Positions 1-14,155 of a DNA stretch of 64,000 nt are shown here, one piece after another. The notes beneath the pieces are model-generated. The model had not been told where the DNA came from and ran no database searches. It saw only the letters and a list, made by a program, of their open reading frames with translations. How positions within the stretch are numbered: position 1 is the first letter of the stretch; each line of letters begins with the position of its first letter. Position numbers and translations under genes: made by a program. The stretch is from Octopus vulgaris (lineage: Eukaryota): the NCBI GenBank assembly GCA_951406725.2, contig OX597831.1, positions 29,326,001 through 29,390,000 on the forward strand, given 5' to 3'.

Positions 1-170
1 TGACTTCCCTTTGCAAATACTGACAGGACACAGAAAGTGTGTCTATGGCCAGCTGGAGGAGTGTGTCCTCCTGGGGCTAAAAACTACAGTAGCATCCACC
101 CTTAGGGGTTAGCCATATTGAAATGGCAAAAATACGTCACTATATATATATATATATACACACACACATA

Positions 171-1077
171 AGGATGTTTGAAAATATTTGATATCATTTC
201 GCAATCAAATAACTTTGTCACTTCTTGTTCAAATGACTTCAAATTTTAACAGTATGTGTAGAAACAGGTCAAAATTGTATGTTTAATGTTTGATATGTTT
301 ATCTTTTCGGGTATAGAAATAGCGTTCAGTGGAAGAGAAAAGGCGTTTTGTGTGTTGGCGTATGCTCGAACACAGTCGAACAAGACTGTGCAGCGTGCAT
401 TTGTGAGATGGCTCTCTAAGAAGTCACCAACGGCAATGCAGATTTGGACATGGCGCAAAACATTCAAATAGGAAGGCTGTCTGTGCAGGGCAAAAGGATC
501 TTGACGATCAACATCGGAAGAGACAGTCGAGCGGGTTCGTCAAATACTCTAGCGAAGTCCCAAGAAGTCTGGAAACCCAGATTCCTCCATCGACAGTTTG
601 GCGCGTCCTGAGGAAACGCTTGCTAATGAAACCCTACAAACTGCAGCTCCTTCAGGCCATTACGGCGAATGACAAGCGAAAGAACAAACAATTCTGTGAT
701 GATATACAAAAGACTTTGAAGAAACCGAGTTCAAGGAACTTCTTGTTTTCAATGATAAGGCCACATTTCATACGAATGGCAAAGTCAATAATCATGATGT
801 TCGCATTTGGGGCGAAGAAAATCCGCATGCCACAATATAACATGAGAAGGACTCACCAAAAGTGAATGTGCTCTACGCCATCTCCAAGAAACATCTTCAT
901 GGCCCGTTTTTGTGAAATCGTTCATGGAATCCACATACCTTTGAATTTCTCATTCAAATTTTGGGGAATAAATCTTATGTTGCTCAACATTAAGCCTGTT
1001 CAGTTTAATTTGTTTTGACCATGTAATTTCTGTGATATTTACATCTCAAATGATAACAAATTTTTTGAAACACCCTG
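171..1077 (+). mobile_element. Decayed, internally deleted Tc1/mariner-superfamily DNA transposon
   Basis: Imperfect TIRs (left AGGATGTTTGAAAATATTTGATATCATTT; right end reverse-complemented CAGGGTGTTTCAAAAAATTTGTTATCATTT), flanked by TA. Frameshifted transposase: N-terminal HTH-like FCVLAYARTQSNKTVQRAF, then MKPYKLQLLQ, ATFHTNGKVNNHDVRIWG, DSPKVNV and HLHGPF. Confidence 0.85.
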
Positions 1078-1284
1078 TATATATATATCATACACACACA
1101 CGCGCGCGTACACACATCTTATTGCGAAATGCTCGTAGGTACTCGAGTTCTTAGAATTGTTTAGAATAATTTTTATAGCTTATTTTTATTGTTTCTGTAG
1201 GATTTTTATTTAGTAACTCACTCTGCATGTATGACTCAGTGTCTGTGAATCTAGTTCTACTTTATACAATAATCTATCTATCTG

Positions 1285-1469
<185 letters not shown>

Positions 1470-1796
1470 GTACGCATATCTACATATGCACATTTATACA
1501 TGTTTTCCGATTCACATATTTACACTCACTCACTCACTCATTCACTCACTCACTCACTCGCTCACTCATTCACTCACTCGCTCACTCACTCACTCACTCA
1601 CTCACTCACTCATGTGTTTATTTACCGACTCTTGCAATTCACACAGTTCGAAATATGATTTCGAATGTTGCATGTCTCCTGGGAAATATGATCGACGGAT
1701 TCTATACAGATTCTAGTCATACATACATGCACGCATACATATAAACGTGTATACTCACATACACAGAAATATACTTTCATATATATACAATAATGT

Positions 1797-2043
1797 GGAG
1801 GCGCGTGGCTTAGTGGTTAGGGTGTCAGCACCATGATCGTTAGATTGTGGTTTCGATTCCTGGACCGGGGGCGACGCGTTGTGTTCTTGAGCAAAAACAC
1901 TTCATTTCCCGTTGCTCCAGTCCACTCAGCTGTCAAAAATGAGTAACGCTGTGAGGGACTGGCGCCCCGTCCAGCTGGGGAACACATACGCCATAGAAAC
2001 CAGGAAACCGGGCCCATGAGCCTGGCTAGGCTTTAAAGGGCGC

Positions 2044-2047
<4 letters not shown>
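1797..2047 (+). mobile_element. tRNA-derived SINE, family B (full length, (ATT)n tail)
   Basis: A box TGGCTTAGTGG, B box GGTTTCGATTCC, central TGTGTTCTTGAGCAAAAACACTT, ends in a simple-repeat tail. Related fragments at about 4150-4197 (-), 26590-26715 (+) and 63440-63523 (-). Confidence 0.8.
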
Positions 2048-2116
<69 letters not shown>

Positions 2117-2530
2117 GCTGTTTGGTAAGTAGCTTGCTAACCAACCACATGGTTCCGGGTTCAGTCCCACTGTGTGGCATCTTGGGCACGTGTCTTCTGC
2201 TATAGCCCCGGGCCGACCAATGCCTTGTGAGTGGATTTGGTAGACGGAAACTGAAAGAAGCCTGTCGTATATATGTATATATATATAAGTGTGTGTGAAT
2301 ATGTTTGTGTGTCTGTGTTTTTTCCCCTAGCATTGCTTGACAACCGATGCTGGTGTGTTTACGTCCCCGTAACTTAGCGGTTCGGCAAAAGGGACCGATA
2401 GAATAAGTACTGGGCTTACAAAGAATAAGTCCCGGGGTCGATTTGCTCGACTAAAGGCGGTGCTCCAGCATGGCCGCAGTCAAATGACTGAAACAAGTAA
2501 AAAGAGTAAAAAGAGTAAAGAGAAAGAGTA
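2117..2530 (+). mobile_element. tRNA-derived SINE, family A (CORE-like, internal microsatellite)
   Basis: Matches the more than 10 other copies in the window: GGTTCAGTCCC B box, CTTGGGCA core-like segment, internal (TA)/(TG) tract, 3' ...CAGTCAAATGACTGAAACAAGTAAAAGAG tail. Confidence 0.9.
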
Positions 2531-2875
2531 TACAATGTACATAGACGCGTAAGCATATATACAGATATATTGTGCATGTATGTGCATTAACAAGGCGAAA
2601 TCAGAATCGGTGGATTTGAACATGAATATCTCACACAGTTAATGGCCAACTCTATACTTACATGAATGTCTACTCTATCATTTCGTGTCAAACTCGGAAA
2701 ATATGTATCCAATAAAAAAACTGGGTCCATATAATCGCTCAAAAGCCTTGAAATGCCTACTTACGCTTAACTAAAACTCAATGAGCGAAACCAATGATAA
2801 CAAAATAAATGAGGATTGTAAAATCGGTACATTTAATATTATCACTACTGTACTTTTCCTGCCACACACTGTTGG

Positions 2876-3030
2876 TTGTGGCCATGCTGTGGCACCGCCT
2901 TAAAGGTTTTAGTCGAACAGATCGATCTCAGGACTTATTTTTTAAAGTCTGGTCCTTATTCAGTTGGTTTCTTTGTCATACAGCTTAGGGGATGTAAACA
3001 AAGCAACACCAGTTGTCAAGCGTTGGCGGG
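2876..3030 (-). mobile_element. SINE family A, diverged 3' half
   Basis: Reverse complement of the GCGGTG...CAGCATGGCC and CTTGACAAC segments. Confidence 0.7.
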
Positions 3031-3061
3031 GTACAAACACGTCACGAACAGAAAAAAACAC

Positions 3062-3092
<31 letters not shown>

Positions 3093-3114
3093 TGTATGTA
3101 TATGTATGCATGTA

Positions 3115-3247
<133 letters not shown>

Positions 3248-3248
3248 T

Positions 3249-3655
3249 GGCGCAGGAGTGGCTGTGTGGTAAGTAGCTTGCTTACCAACCACATGGTTCC
3301 GGGTTCAGTCCCACTGCGTGACACCTTAGGCAAGTGTCTTCTGCTATAGCCCCGGGCCGACCAATGCCTTGTGAGTGGATTTGGTAGACGGAAACTGAAA
3401 GAAGCCTGTCGTATATATGTATATATATATTTATATATATGTATGTGTGTGTATATGTTTGTGTGTCTGTGTTTGTTCCCCTAGCATTGCTTGACAACCG
3501 ATGCTGGTGTGTTTATGTCCCCGTCACTTAGCGGTTCGGCAAAAGAGACCGATAGAATAAGTACTGGGCTTACAAAGAATAAGTCCCGGGGGCGATTTGC
3601 TCGACTAAAGGCGGTGCTCCAGCATGGCCGCAGTCAAATGACTGAAACAAGTAAA

Positions 3656-3658
<3 letters not shown>
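3249..3658 (+). mobile_element. SINE family A, full length
   Basis: GGCGCAGGAGTGGCTGTGTGGTAAG head through the GAAACAAGTAAAAGA tail. Confidence 0.92.
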
Positions 3659-3686
<28 letters not shown>

Positions 3687-3793
3687 ACGGGAAGCTTTAT
3701 GAAAATAGACAAAAGACGAAGGCAGGTGGAAAACAAACGAACAATTGTATTAGTATGGCGCTCATATATATATATATATATATACACATAAAT

Positions 3794-4015
3794 ATACGGC
3801 AAGAAGAAAATGGAGGGGATCCAGAGGTATCCCCTCCATTTTCTTCTTGCCGTATGAATTAAGGGTAAAACCACTTGTTACCTTCGCCCATTTATTAAGC
3901 TCAGTAGTGTAATTGCCACGCAATAACCAAAACTTGTGTATTAATAATCGGATATTCTACCAGCAGTATATTGGATAAGTTGGTTGGATTCACAACCTCT
4001 AACTCTCTTTGAATT
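3794..4015 (+). mobile_element. PLE-like terminal fragment with a 27-bp perfect hairpin at its 5' end
   Basis: 3794-3820 is the reverse complement of 3829-3855 (8-nt loop). The downstream part shares TATCCAATATACTGCT and ATGGGC.AAGGTAA motifs (opposite strand) with the hammerhead-bearing element at 39335-39850. Embedded in (TA)n. Confidence 0.6.
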
Positions 4016-4049
4016 ATATATACATATACACATATATACATATATATAC

Positions 4050-4114
<65 letters not shown>

Positions 4115-4322
4115 TATATAAACATATATATACATACATATATATTGTTTGTTCTCGAGCCACGCCTGGCTCATTAGGTTTCCCGGTTTCCTTGGCGTAT
4201 ATATATATATATATATTTAAATGAAACTGATCGCTTCCAGGATTCTTTGCCAGGAATCGAAAACTTAGTCGAGATTTTCCTGTAAGCTTCTTTCCATTGT
4301 TCCTGGCACTCGTACTTGGAAA

Positions 4323-4706
4323 TTTATGAGAGTCAACTATCATACTTAGATAAGTTCTATTCTTTAAGAGAACATATTGGTTAAATTCAGTACAGGAGAG
4401 ATAAAAGCATTCACCTTCTTTTGTTCTGCTGGCCTACTTCCAGATTTCGAACATGTATAAATACAGAACCCAAACAGAACTAATTCTTTTTCAGTCGGGC
4501 TTCTTTTAGCTTCAATCCACCAAATTCACTTGGAAGAGTTTTGGTCGCCCCACGGCAATAGTAGAAGACACTTGTCGAAGGTGGCATACAATGAGATTGA
4601 ACATGAAATCATATGGTTGAAAAACAAGCTTCTTACCTACATACCCACGCCTGCATCTACTCACTAAACAAGCTTTTAATTTATAGATTTGCTTTTAGCA
4701 CGCATT
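4323..4706 (-). repeat. Segment (unique DNA plus decayed SINE A 5' half) duplicated in inverted orientation at 7348-7737
   Basis: Near-identical reverse-complement match read directly from the sequence. Confidence 0.92.
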
Positions 4707-5257
4707 TGCTTTTATGTGAGAAATTAGCCGCGTTTCAGCGAGAAATATACATTTTTTATAATGTTGTAAAATGGTTTTAATAGTATTGATATATCATTGA
4801 TATCGCTAGTTATCGATCTCAGCTATTAAATATATTTTTATGTGATAAATAGGAATAAATATGAAAATGAAAATAAAATTTGCTGAAATTAGATTTTGTG
4901 AGATAAACGAAGGTTGGCTTTAAATTCCCGTTAGGTGAGTGCAAGTGTATTTATGTGTGTGGGTATGTCAGTGTATGTTCATGAGTATGAATGTATGTAT
5001 GTGTGTATATATATGTATCGGCATGTGTGGGTATGCTCAGTATGTACGGAAATGCATGCATAGTATATATATATATATTATATATGATATATATACATTC
5101 ACGTACATGCATGAACATACCTACACATACCCATACATCATACATATATATACACATATACATATGTGTGTGTATGTGTATGTGTGTGCACGCGCATGTG
5201 CGTATATGTACTTTGTGAGATGAAATAAAGTTTGGCTTTAAATCCATACTAGTGTTA

Positions 5258-5298
<41 letters not shown>

Positions 5299-6395
5299 GT
5301 ATATGTGTTTGTAAAAGTATATGTGGCTGAATGTATGTATATGCGTATGCATGCATGTATGCGTGTGTATGCATGCCTGTATGCGTGTAGGTATTCATAT
5401 GCTATGTATGTGTGTGTATGTACATCTGTGTCTAAGCGTTTATACTTGTGCATATATGTGTGTATCAGTGTGCATGTGTATGTGCGTGTGTTAGTATACG
5501 TGTGTGTGTGCGTGTGTGTGTGCAGGAGAAAAAGGAGAAGTTTCTGTGAAATCATTTTAGCATTCTAGAGACTTGCATGAACACACACACACACACACAT
5601 ACACACACACACACACACACACATACACACACATACACACACACACACACACACACTCACACACACACATTGCTGCCTTATCCTAGAAATCTATTGAAAT
5701 CTATAAATGTGATCGTGTGTTTTTTGTGTAAGTGTGTGTATGACTATAAATGCGTGTGTGAACAGATATCTAATTAAGGGAACTTTTAGATACATTAATA
5801 GAAAAATCGTCTAATTTCTCTCTCTCTCTTTGTGTATCTATCTATCCATCTATCCCTGCACACACACACACACACACATATGTAAATACATATGTACAAT
5901 ACACACACGCATACACTCACACACACACATAAACTCACACACACATGCATTCACACTCATACACTCACACACACATACACTCACACACGCATACACTCAC
6001 ACATACACACAGAGTGTAAAATAAAGCAGCGACGGACAATTTGCTTCCAGTTTATCTCTGTAGTCTTTATATATCTACACGCGCACCCACACGCGCAAAC
6101 ACACATACATGTACTATGCCTGCATACATACACTCACAACTCAATACGCCTATTTATGCGGATACACATACACACACATACGCATATACATATATTATAT
6201 ACATACATACATAAATACATACACACACACACACATTTATACACACCTGAAGTCTGATTCATAGTCAGTGCCTCCCCCACCACACACATCCTCACCCTTT
6301 GTTACAAATTAGCGTAGACTTATATTATTATATCCCATAATTACATCTTTTATATCTCGTTGCAAACGATACAATCATCTCGGTGAATTCAAAGC

Positions 6396-6427
<32 letters not shown>

Positions 6428-6515
6428 TAATAATATTTCTTTAAGAAATATTGTTTAATTCTGTTTGATTATTTATTAAAAATATGTATTTATTTTACTA
6501 TTATTGTTATTATTG

Positions 6516-6595
6516 TTGACCTGAGGAGTGACTATATTTTTAAATTTAATTGTAATTCAAATTGAAGATATAGCCACGAAACGTACGTAGTCTAT
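6516..6595 (+). ncRNA. Minimal type-I hammerhead ribozyme motif (PLE-type)
   Basis: GAC-CTGAGGA(6521-6527)-long stem II GTGACTATATTTT/AAGATATAGCCAC-GAAACGTACGTA-GTC. Palindromic stem III ACGTACGT; predicted cut after GUA (6589); stem I only about 3 bp. Confidence 0.75.
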
Positions 6596-6732
6596 TTACT
6601 AATTATATACTGTTTATTTATCATTATGTACTTTAATGTGATCTAGATAAATGTTTTATATATTTTATTTCTTCTATATGGTGTGATTTACATATATCAT
6701 TGTTTGAATTACATAATAGTGGTTTTTCTCTA

Positions 6733-6818
<86 letters not shown>

Positions 6819-6833
6819 ATATGTGTGTGTATA

Positions 6834-8475
6834 CAGGGTGCGTAAGTTATTTGAGGACATACCTTTTTTACTCATTACTGCATTGTTTTGGCTAACTCTG
6901 TATAATCTTTGTTTCAGAAAATAATAATGGCAGACAATCAGCTTACTCAAGAAATGAAGAGACTTGCTGTTATTGAGATTATAAAGGCTGAGCATAGCGA
7001 TTTAGAAATATTTCAATTTTTAAAAGTTCCTTGATCTTTCGTATACAAAGTTTGTAAGAAGCCAGAGACTGAAGATAGAAACGTATGACCAGTATTTAAG
7101 CACAAAAAGCGTTCTAAACACTCTGAAAGCATTAGAACAACTGAATTTATCCAGCAAGTTCAACAGACAGTTGATTACAATCCCAGAAAGTCCATGATAT
7201 CAATTGCAAAAGAACATCATGTGTCAGAAGGAACGGTCAGAAATGTTGTCCACGATGATATCAGATATAAGTCTTATATGATGAAGAAAGGTCAATTTGT
7301 CAGAAAAAGCAAAAGAAAATTACTACATCAAATCTAAAACTGAAACAATGCGTGCTAAAAGCAAATCTATAAATTAAAAGCTTGTGAAGTGTTCAGTGAG
7401 TAGAGGCAGGCATGGGTATGTAGGTAAGAAGCTTGTTTTTCAACCATATGATTTCATGTTCAATCTCATTGTATGCCACCTTCGACAAGTGTCTTCTACT
7501 ATAGCTGTGGGGCGACCAAAACTCTTCCAAGTGAATTTGGTAGATGGAAGCTAAAAGAAGCCCGACTGAAAAAGAATTAGTTCTGTTTGGGTTCTGTATT
7601 TATACATGTTCGAAATCAGGAAGTAGGCCAGCAGAACAAAAGAAGGTGAATGCTTTTATCTCTCTTGAACTGAATTTAACCAATATGTTCTCTTAAAGAA
7701 TAGAACTTATCTAAGTATGATAGTTGACTCTCATAAAACTGAAACATCTAGCAGAAGGAGATTTGATTTGGTTTTTCTCAAACGAGAAAAACTTCGACCA
7801 AGATCAAAAAGTTAGCAGAATAAATAACAGATGGTTACGTGCAGAGCCTTCTGAAATTCCAAGTGTTTTGCATACAAAATTTCCTGCAACTGTCATGGTT
7901 TTAGGGATTGTCAGCAATGAAGGACATGTGATGCCTCCTTATTTCTTTCCACAAGTCAACTCTGCCGCCTACATTGAGGTCCTGGAAGCAATTGTCAAAC
8001 CCTGGATAGACGGTATATGCAATGGAAGGCCGTATGTGTTTCCGTAAGACTCTGTACTATCACACATGGCTCTAGTAACACAGGATTGGATGGCTGAAAT
8101 TTTTCCTGATCACATAACCCTAACATTTGGCCTCCTAATTCCCCAGATCTCAATCCATTGGACTATTACATGTGGAGCGTTGTTGAGAGAGAGGTCAATG
8201 AACACGCCCATGACACCAAAGATTCTTTGAAAGCTGCCATAGTCAGAGTAATGTTCAAGATGAACCAGGACTACTTGATTCGAGCATTTAGATGGTTTAG
8301 ATCTCATAGAAGTAGATGTTGAAGCTGAAGGTGGCTTTATTGAAATAACATTATAGAAAAGAAGCCTTATTTTTATCTTCATAGCATTTTTTGATAAATA
8401 AAGTTATTATCTGTTATTATATGTCTATTTTTTTTTATAAACATAAATCTGTCCTGAAATATCTTACGCATCCTG
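6834..8475 (+). mobile_element. Decayed Tc1/mariner DD37D (maT-type) transposon, interrupted by a 390-bp insertion
   Basis: TIRs CAGGGTGCGTAAGTTATTTGAGGACA / CAGGATGCGTAAGATATTTCAGGACA with TA flanks. Transposase motifs WFFSNEKNF, VMVLGIVSNEG, DSVLSH and WPPNSPDLNPLDY; about 37 residues between the 2nd and 3rd Asp after correcting one frameshift. Confidence 0.92.
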
Positions 8476-8513
8476 TATATATATTTATAAATATACATTT
8501 ATATATGTATATA

Positions 8514-8554
<41 letters not shown>

Positions 8555-8857
8555 GTGTGTGTGTGAGTGAGTGTGCGCGTGTATCTGTGTGTGCGTGTGT
8601 ACGTTTACATAGTTTAAATATGTTATCTATCACAGAACAAAGGTCTAGAAAAGCAAACAATTCGTATCAGGTAAGATCGCAACATCTGTGCTGTGATAGG
8701 CTGAAAGGAATATCTCAGGTGTTTAGATCACAAGAGATCAATAAAAGACTGGCTCAGAAATGCTCATAATGGTTATGATGAATATCTATATTATTGGTAT
8801 TAGATAATAGGTTAAAGCATGTCATGATAGGTGAAATCCAAAGCTAGATGTGAAGAA

Positions 8858-9038
8858 GGAAGATGTGCAGGCAGACACAGTTATTTCAAGTGTAGCAAGA
8901 CTAGATGCGCGCAGCTGGTACGCTCCTTGCACTTTTCCTCTGAAGATGTAATAGACTGATTACGGACTGCTAGCAGAAAATTGTACCAGCGACGCATCAG
9001 TTCTTGAAACAGCTGTAGGATATACCTGCATATCTTCC
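8858..9038 (+). ncRNA. Decayed type-I hammerhead with an upstream inverted arm
   Basis: TCCT-CTGAAGA(8940-8946)...GAAACAGCTGTA(9006-9017)GGA, palindromic ACAGCTGT; stem I register is off by 1 nt. 8858-8890 is an imperfect reverse complement of 9003-9038. Confidence 0.55.
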
Positions 9039-9283
9039 GTCTTGTTTTCCAGCTTTGGATTTTACATATGATGATCTGGCTTAACTTACTCATGTTGATA
9101 ATACGGACTTATCTTAAAACAGTTCCAGGAGAATACCGGATTATGTCACAACCACTACGAGTATACTTTTATTCTATTATTATTATTATTATTATCATTA
9201 TGCTTGATTGAGGCACTGCTTATTGCCAATCCTAATTTAGGCAGATATATCATCTCTGCATTTTTGTTTGCACTTCAAGTTAA

Positions 9284-9372
<89 letters not shown>

Positions 9373-9374
9373 CA

Positions 9375-9614
9375 TTCTTTTACTCTTTTACTTGTTTCAG
9401 TCATTTGACTGCGGCCATGCTGGAGCACCGCCTTTAGTCGAGCAAATTGGCCACAGGACTTACTCTTTGTAAGCCTAGTACTTATTCTATCGGTCTCTTT
9501 TGCCGAACCGCTAGGTTACGGGAACGTAAACACACCAGCATCGGTTGTCAAGTGATGTTGGGGGTGGGGACAAACACAGACACATAAACATATACACACA
9601 TATACATACTTATG

Positions 9615-9685
<71 letters not shown>

Positions 9686-9847
9686 GACGGGCTTCTTTCA
9701 GTTTCTGTCTACCAAATCCACTCACAATGCCTTGGTCGGCCCGAGGCAATAATAGAAGGCTCTTGGCCAAGGTGCCACGCAGTGGGACTGAACCCGGAAC
9801 CACGAGGTTGGCAAGCAAGCTACTTACCACACAGCCACTCCTGCGCC
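9375..9847 (-). mobile_element. SINE family A, full length
   Basis: Reverse complement of the family A consensus with an internal (TA)n. Confidence 0.92.
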
Positions 9848-9878
<31 letters not shown>

Positions 9879-9881
9879 AAC

Positions 9882-10024
9882 AAAATTTTATATGGAGTTA
9901 TCCAAGGTTTCGCGCTCACAAAGCTCAAAGCCTTGTGGACTACTCGTCAATGGAGTCTAACAAGTCGTCCATAAGGCTTTGGTTCTGTGGGTGGGAAACC
10001 TTGGGTGACTCTATATAAAATTTT
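9882..10024. repeat. Imperfect about 63-bp-arm hairpin overlying a decayed hammerhead
   Basis: 9882-9944 pairs with 9963-10024. The + strand reads GGAGT-CTAACAA-...-GAAACCTTGGGTG-ACTCT (stem I intact, core mutated); the - strand arm keeps TTGACGA...GAAACC. Confidence 0.7.
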
Positions 10025-10433
10025 CTTGTAATAATTACTGCTCGACTTTTTAGAGTGTTTCTTTCTGATATATGCTTCTTTTTCTTATTAACTGTATATA
10101 TATTCATAATTATTATGTGCATAAACAATTCTAAAATTTACATAATTTAAGAATGCAACACTTCAAAAGTAACGATAATAATAATAATAATAATAATTAT
10201 AAATTCAAATGTGTGTGTGGGTGTGTTTTATACGTTTTCACTTCTTAAAAATTATGACACTTAAAGGAAGAGTACTGCGTCATTCTGAATAACAACTTGT
10301 CTAAACCCCCCCCACACACACACACACGCACATATTTGCATATGTAATTATTATTATTATTATTGTTGTCATTATGCTTGAAGTGTTGAATATTAAAATT
10401 ATGATTTTCATAACATTAATAGCGTCAGCACAA

Positions 10434-10863
<430 letters not shown>

Positions 10864-10973
10864 AGTTTCTATTTTACTGAGGTCACGAACGTTCAGTACA
10901 GTTAACAAAAAACATATTGAATTAGTGTAGTGAAATAGTTAAGATATTGAATACATAAATGGAGAAAGAAAAA

Positions 10974-11022
<49 letters not shown>

Positions 11023-11321
11023 AACACATACATGCATATATATATATATATACATATATAATTGTGTGTATGTATAGATATGTGTGTGTGTGTTGTGTGT
11101 GTATGTATCTGGAAATTAATTTAAAATTAAAAACAATCCTTTTACACAATATTTTCTCAGCTGCGATAAATTGATTGTTGAATTACAGGGTGTTAAAGAT
11201 AGGCCAATACAAGTGTTTGTGTATACATGTCTTTGAATGTTTTATGTATATCTAAAAAATATATACATAAACGCACATACATACATATACATATATATAT
11301 ATGGCAGATATAAACAGGTTA

Positions 11322-11400
<79 letters not shown>

Positions 11401-11676
11401 TTACATATAAGTCTACACATACACACTCATATACATTTAGATATCTACCATAGATAAATATAAACAGACCAGAGATTCAATATAATGACGTATTTGTCTA
11501 CTGTTTGTGTATTAATATATATTTAAAAGTATTCGTCTTCTGGGGCTAAGTATAAACATACATAAATATATATATATACATACATATATAAATATGTGTG
11601 TATATGCGTGTTTGTGCGTATTACGATAGATGTAAAATATACACATATCTATGCATATATATATATACATACATAT

Positions 11677-11752
<76 letters not shown>

Positions 11753-11827
11753 ATTATTATATGTAGAAAAATACAAACTGGGACAAGACCGCAAAACACT
11801 TAGAAGACGATACAAAAAACACGGACG

Positions 11828-11876
<49 letters not shown>

Positions 11877-12009
11877 CATATATATGTTTTATTTATAAGC
11901 ATGTTTTTGTGAGTGTATATTCGTGTGTACATATTGGTGTATACGTGAGTGAGGGTACTTATGATTGTGTGTATATATGTTACCATGTGTTAAACAGTAA
12001 GTGTATATT

Positions 12010-12231
12010 TATTTCTTTATTACCCACAGGGAGCTAAACATAGAGGGGACAAACAAGGACAGACAAAGGGATTAAGTTGATTACATCGATCCCAGTACAT
12101 ATTTAATCGACCTCGAAATTACGAAAGGCAAAATCGCTCTCGGCAGAATTTGAACTCAGAACGTTACATCAGACGAAATACCGCCAAGCATTTCTCCCGT
12201 AATGCTAACGATTCTGCCAGCTCGCCACCCT
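12010..12231 (-). mobile_element. SINE family C
   Basis: Reverse complement of the GGCGAGCTGGCAGAA...GAGTTCAAATTC...TTTGCCTTTC head shared with 50983-51132. Confidence 0.85.
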
Positions 12232-12237
12232 TTAAAT

Positions 12238-12441
12238 ATTCTTTTGTACTCTAAGCACAAGGCCCGAAATTTTTGGGGAGGGGGCCTATAGATTAGATCG
12301 ACCTCCGTACGCAACTGGTACTTAATTTATCGACCCCAAAAGGGTGAAAGGCAAAGTTGACCTCGGCGGAATTTGAACGTAAAGACAGACGAAATATTGC
12401 AAAGTATTTCGCCCGGCGTGCTAACTTTTCTGCCAGCTCGC
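12238..12441 (-). mobile_element. SINE family C, alternative 3' tail subfamily
   Basis: Same head; tail ...AAAATTTCGGGCCTTGTGCTTAGAGTACAAAAGAA, also seen at 60490-60660 and 61868-62013. Confidence 0.82.
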
Positions 12442-12519
12442 TTTACTTAGTGTATAGTAATGTATATTATTTTATGTCGGCGTGTAAATATATAAACATA
12501 CATTTATGAATGTGTAGTG

Positions 12520-12593
<74 letters not shown>

Positions 12594-13006
12594 CTGTGTG
12601 TGTGTATACGTACATATATACATTTGTGTGTGTATATATGTATGTACGTATGTTATATATGTGCGTATGTGCATTTATGCATGTGTATATGTATGTATAG
12701 AACTGCGTACGTATGCTGGTTTTTGTGTATGTATGCATACATATATATATATATATATACATATATACATATATATATACATATGTGTGTGTGTGTGTGT
12801 GCGTAGGTTTGTGTGTGTGTATTTGTAGTAATGTATGCACGTGTGTGTTATGTATTTATGTATGTATGTATGCATGCATGCATGTATGTCTGTAAGTATC
12901 TATGTGTGTATGTATGAATGTATGCATGTATCTGTGTGTGTTTGTGTTTGGCTATGCATGCTTGTGTGTCGGTATGTACGAGCTGTTTCATACACACACA
13001 CACACT

Positions 13007-13053
<47 letters not shown>

Positions 13054-13104
13054 GATCACATGTATGTGATTATGTGTATATAAATGTACGTATGTCTCTC
13101 TCTC

Positions 13105-13152
<48 letters not shown>

Positions 13153-13468
13153 TATATATGTATGCACGTGTCCACCTTAACATATATGTATTACAAACAG
13201 TGTTCTTTATATTTTTCTTTCCAATTTAAAAATAATATCCCAGATTAAATTTATTTCCAAGATGAATTTGTTTATGGAACGTTCCAGACGGTGTGAAAAC
13301 TATAAATAAATTTTCGGGATTTGGATAAACACACATATGGAATGTGATATGAAGATATACGTATACATACATATAGGCTTACATGCATACACAAGCACAC
13401 ACATAGTTATACAATCACACATTCGTAGTCCCGTTCTCACGTATGCACGCGCGTCAAAGATAACACGT

Positions 13469-13500
<32 letters not shown>

Positions 13501-13544
13501 TGCATTTATGAATGTATGTACGTACGTATGTATCAATCTATCTA

Positions 13545-13610
<66 letters not shown>

Positions 13611-13745
13611 GAGGGCATTATACATACATGCCAGAGGGCATTATACATACATGCCACACGCTAAGAGGGACAATTAGTCATTTCTACCAAAAATTTTACT
13701 AATCCCACCGAATGCAATTTTTCAAAGTAAGACATTTAAAAATAT

Positions 13746-13793
13746 AGACCTGTATCACAGTGATTTCATACTTACGTATTCATCAGCAGGCCT
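13746..13793 (-). ncRNA. Type-I hammerhead ribozyme (inverted copy of 14108-14155)
   Basis: Exact reverse complement of 14108-14155. Confidence 0.8.
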
Positions 13794-14107
13794 GGATGTA
13801 TGTATAATGCCCTCTATATATAAATTAATATGTTCAATAAGAAATAATTATTTTCGAAATTTTTTCTCTTATGAGGTCTTTCACGCTATCTACCTGACAA
13901 TTTCTTGTTAAGTTTTCCTTATTAAGTAGTTGTCCTTAATTGCTAAATTTTTATTCCGAAAAAACTTTTCCTTTCCCGAAATGCAATTCGTAAAAGTCTG
14001 CCATTTACCGGATGTAATATATGTAAACTCACCCATGTGCTTCGTTGAGGTTGATCAGTTAGCTGATCGACTTAAGCGAGGCAGGGTCGTTTATTTATGA
14101 TACGTCC

Positions 14108-14155
14108 AGGCCTGCTGATGAATACGTAAGTATGAAATCACTGTGATACAGGTCT
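14108..14155 (+). ncRNA. Minimal type-I hammerhead ribozyme, intact core
   Basis: Stem I AGGCCTG/CAGGTCT (7 bp), CTGATGA 14115-14121, stem II ATAC-GTAA-GTAT (GNRA loop), GAAA 14134-14137, stem III TCAC-T-GTGA, predicted cut after AUA (14148). Confidence 0.85.
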
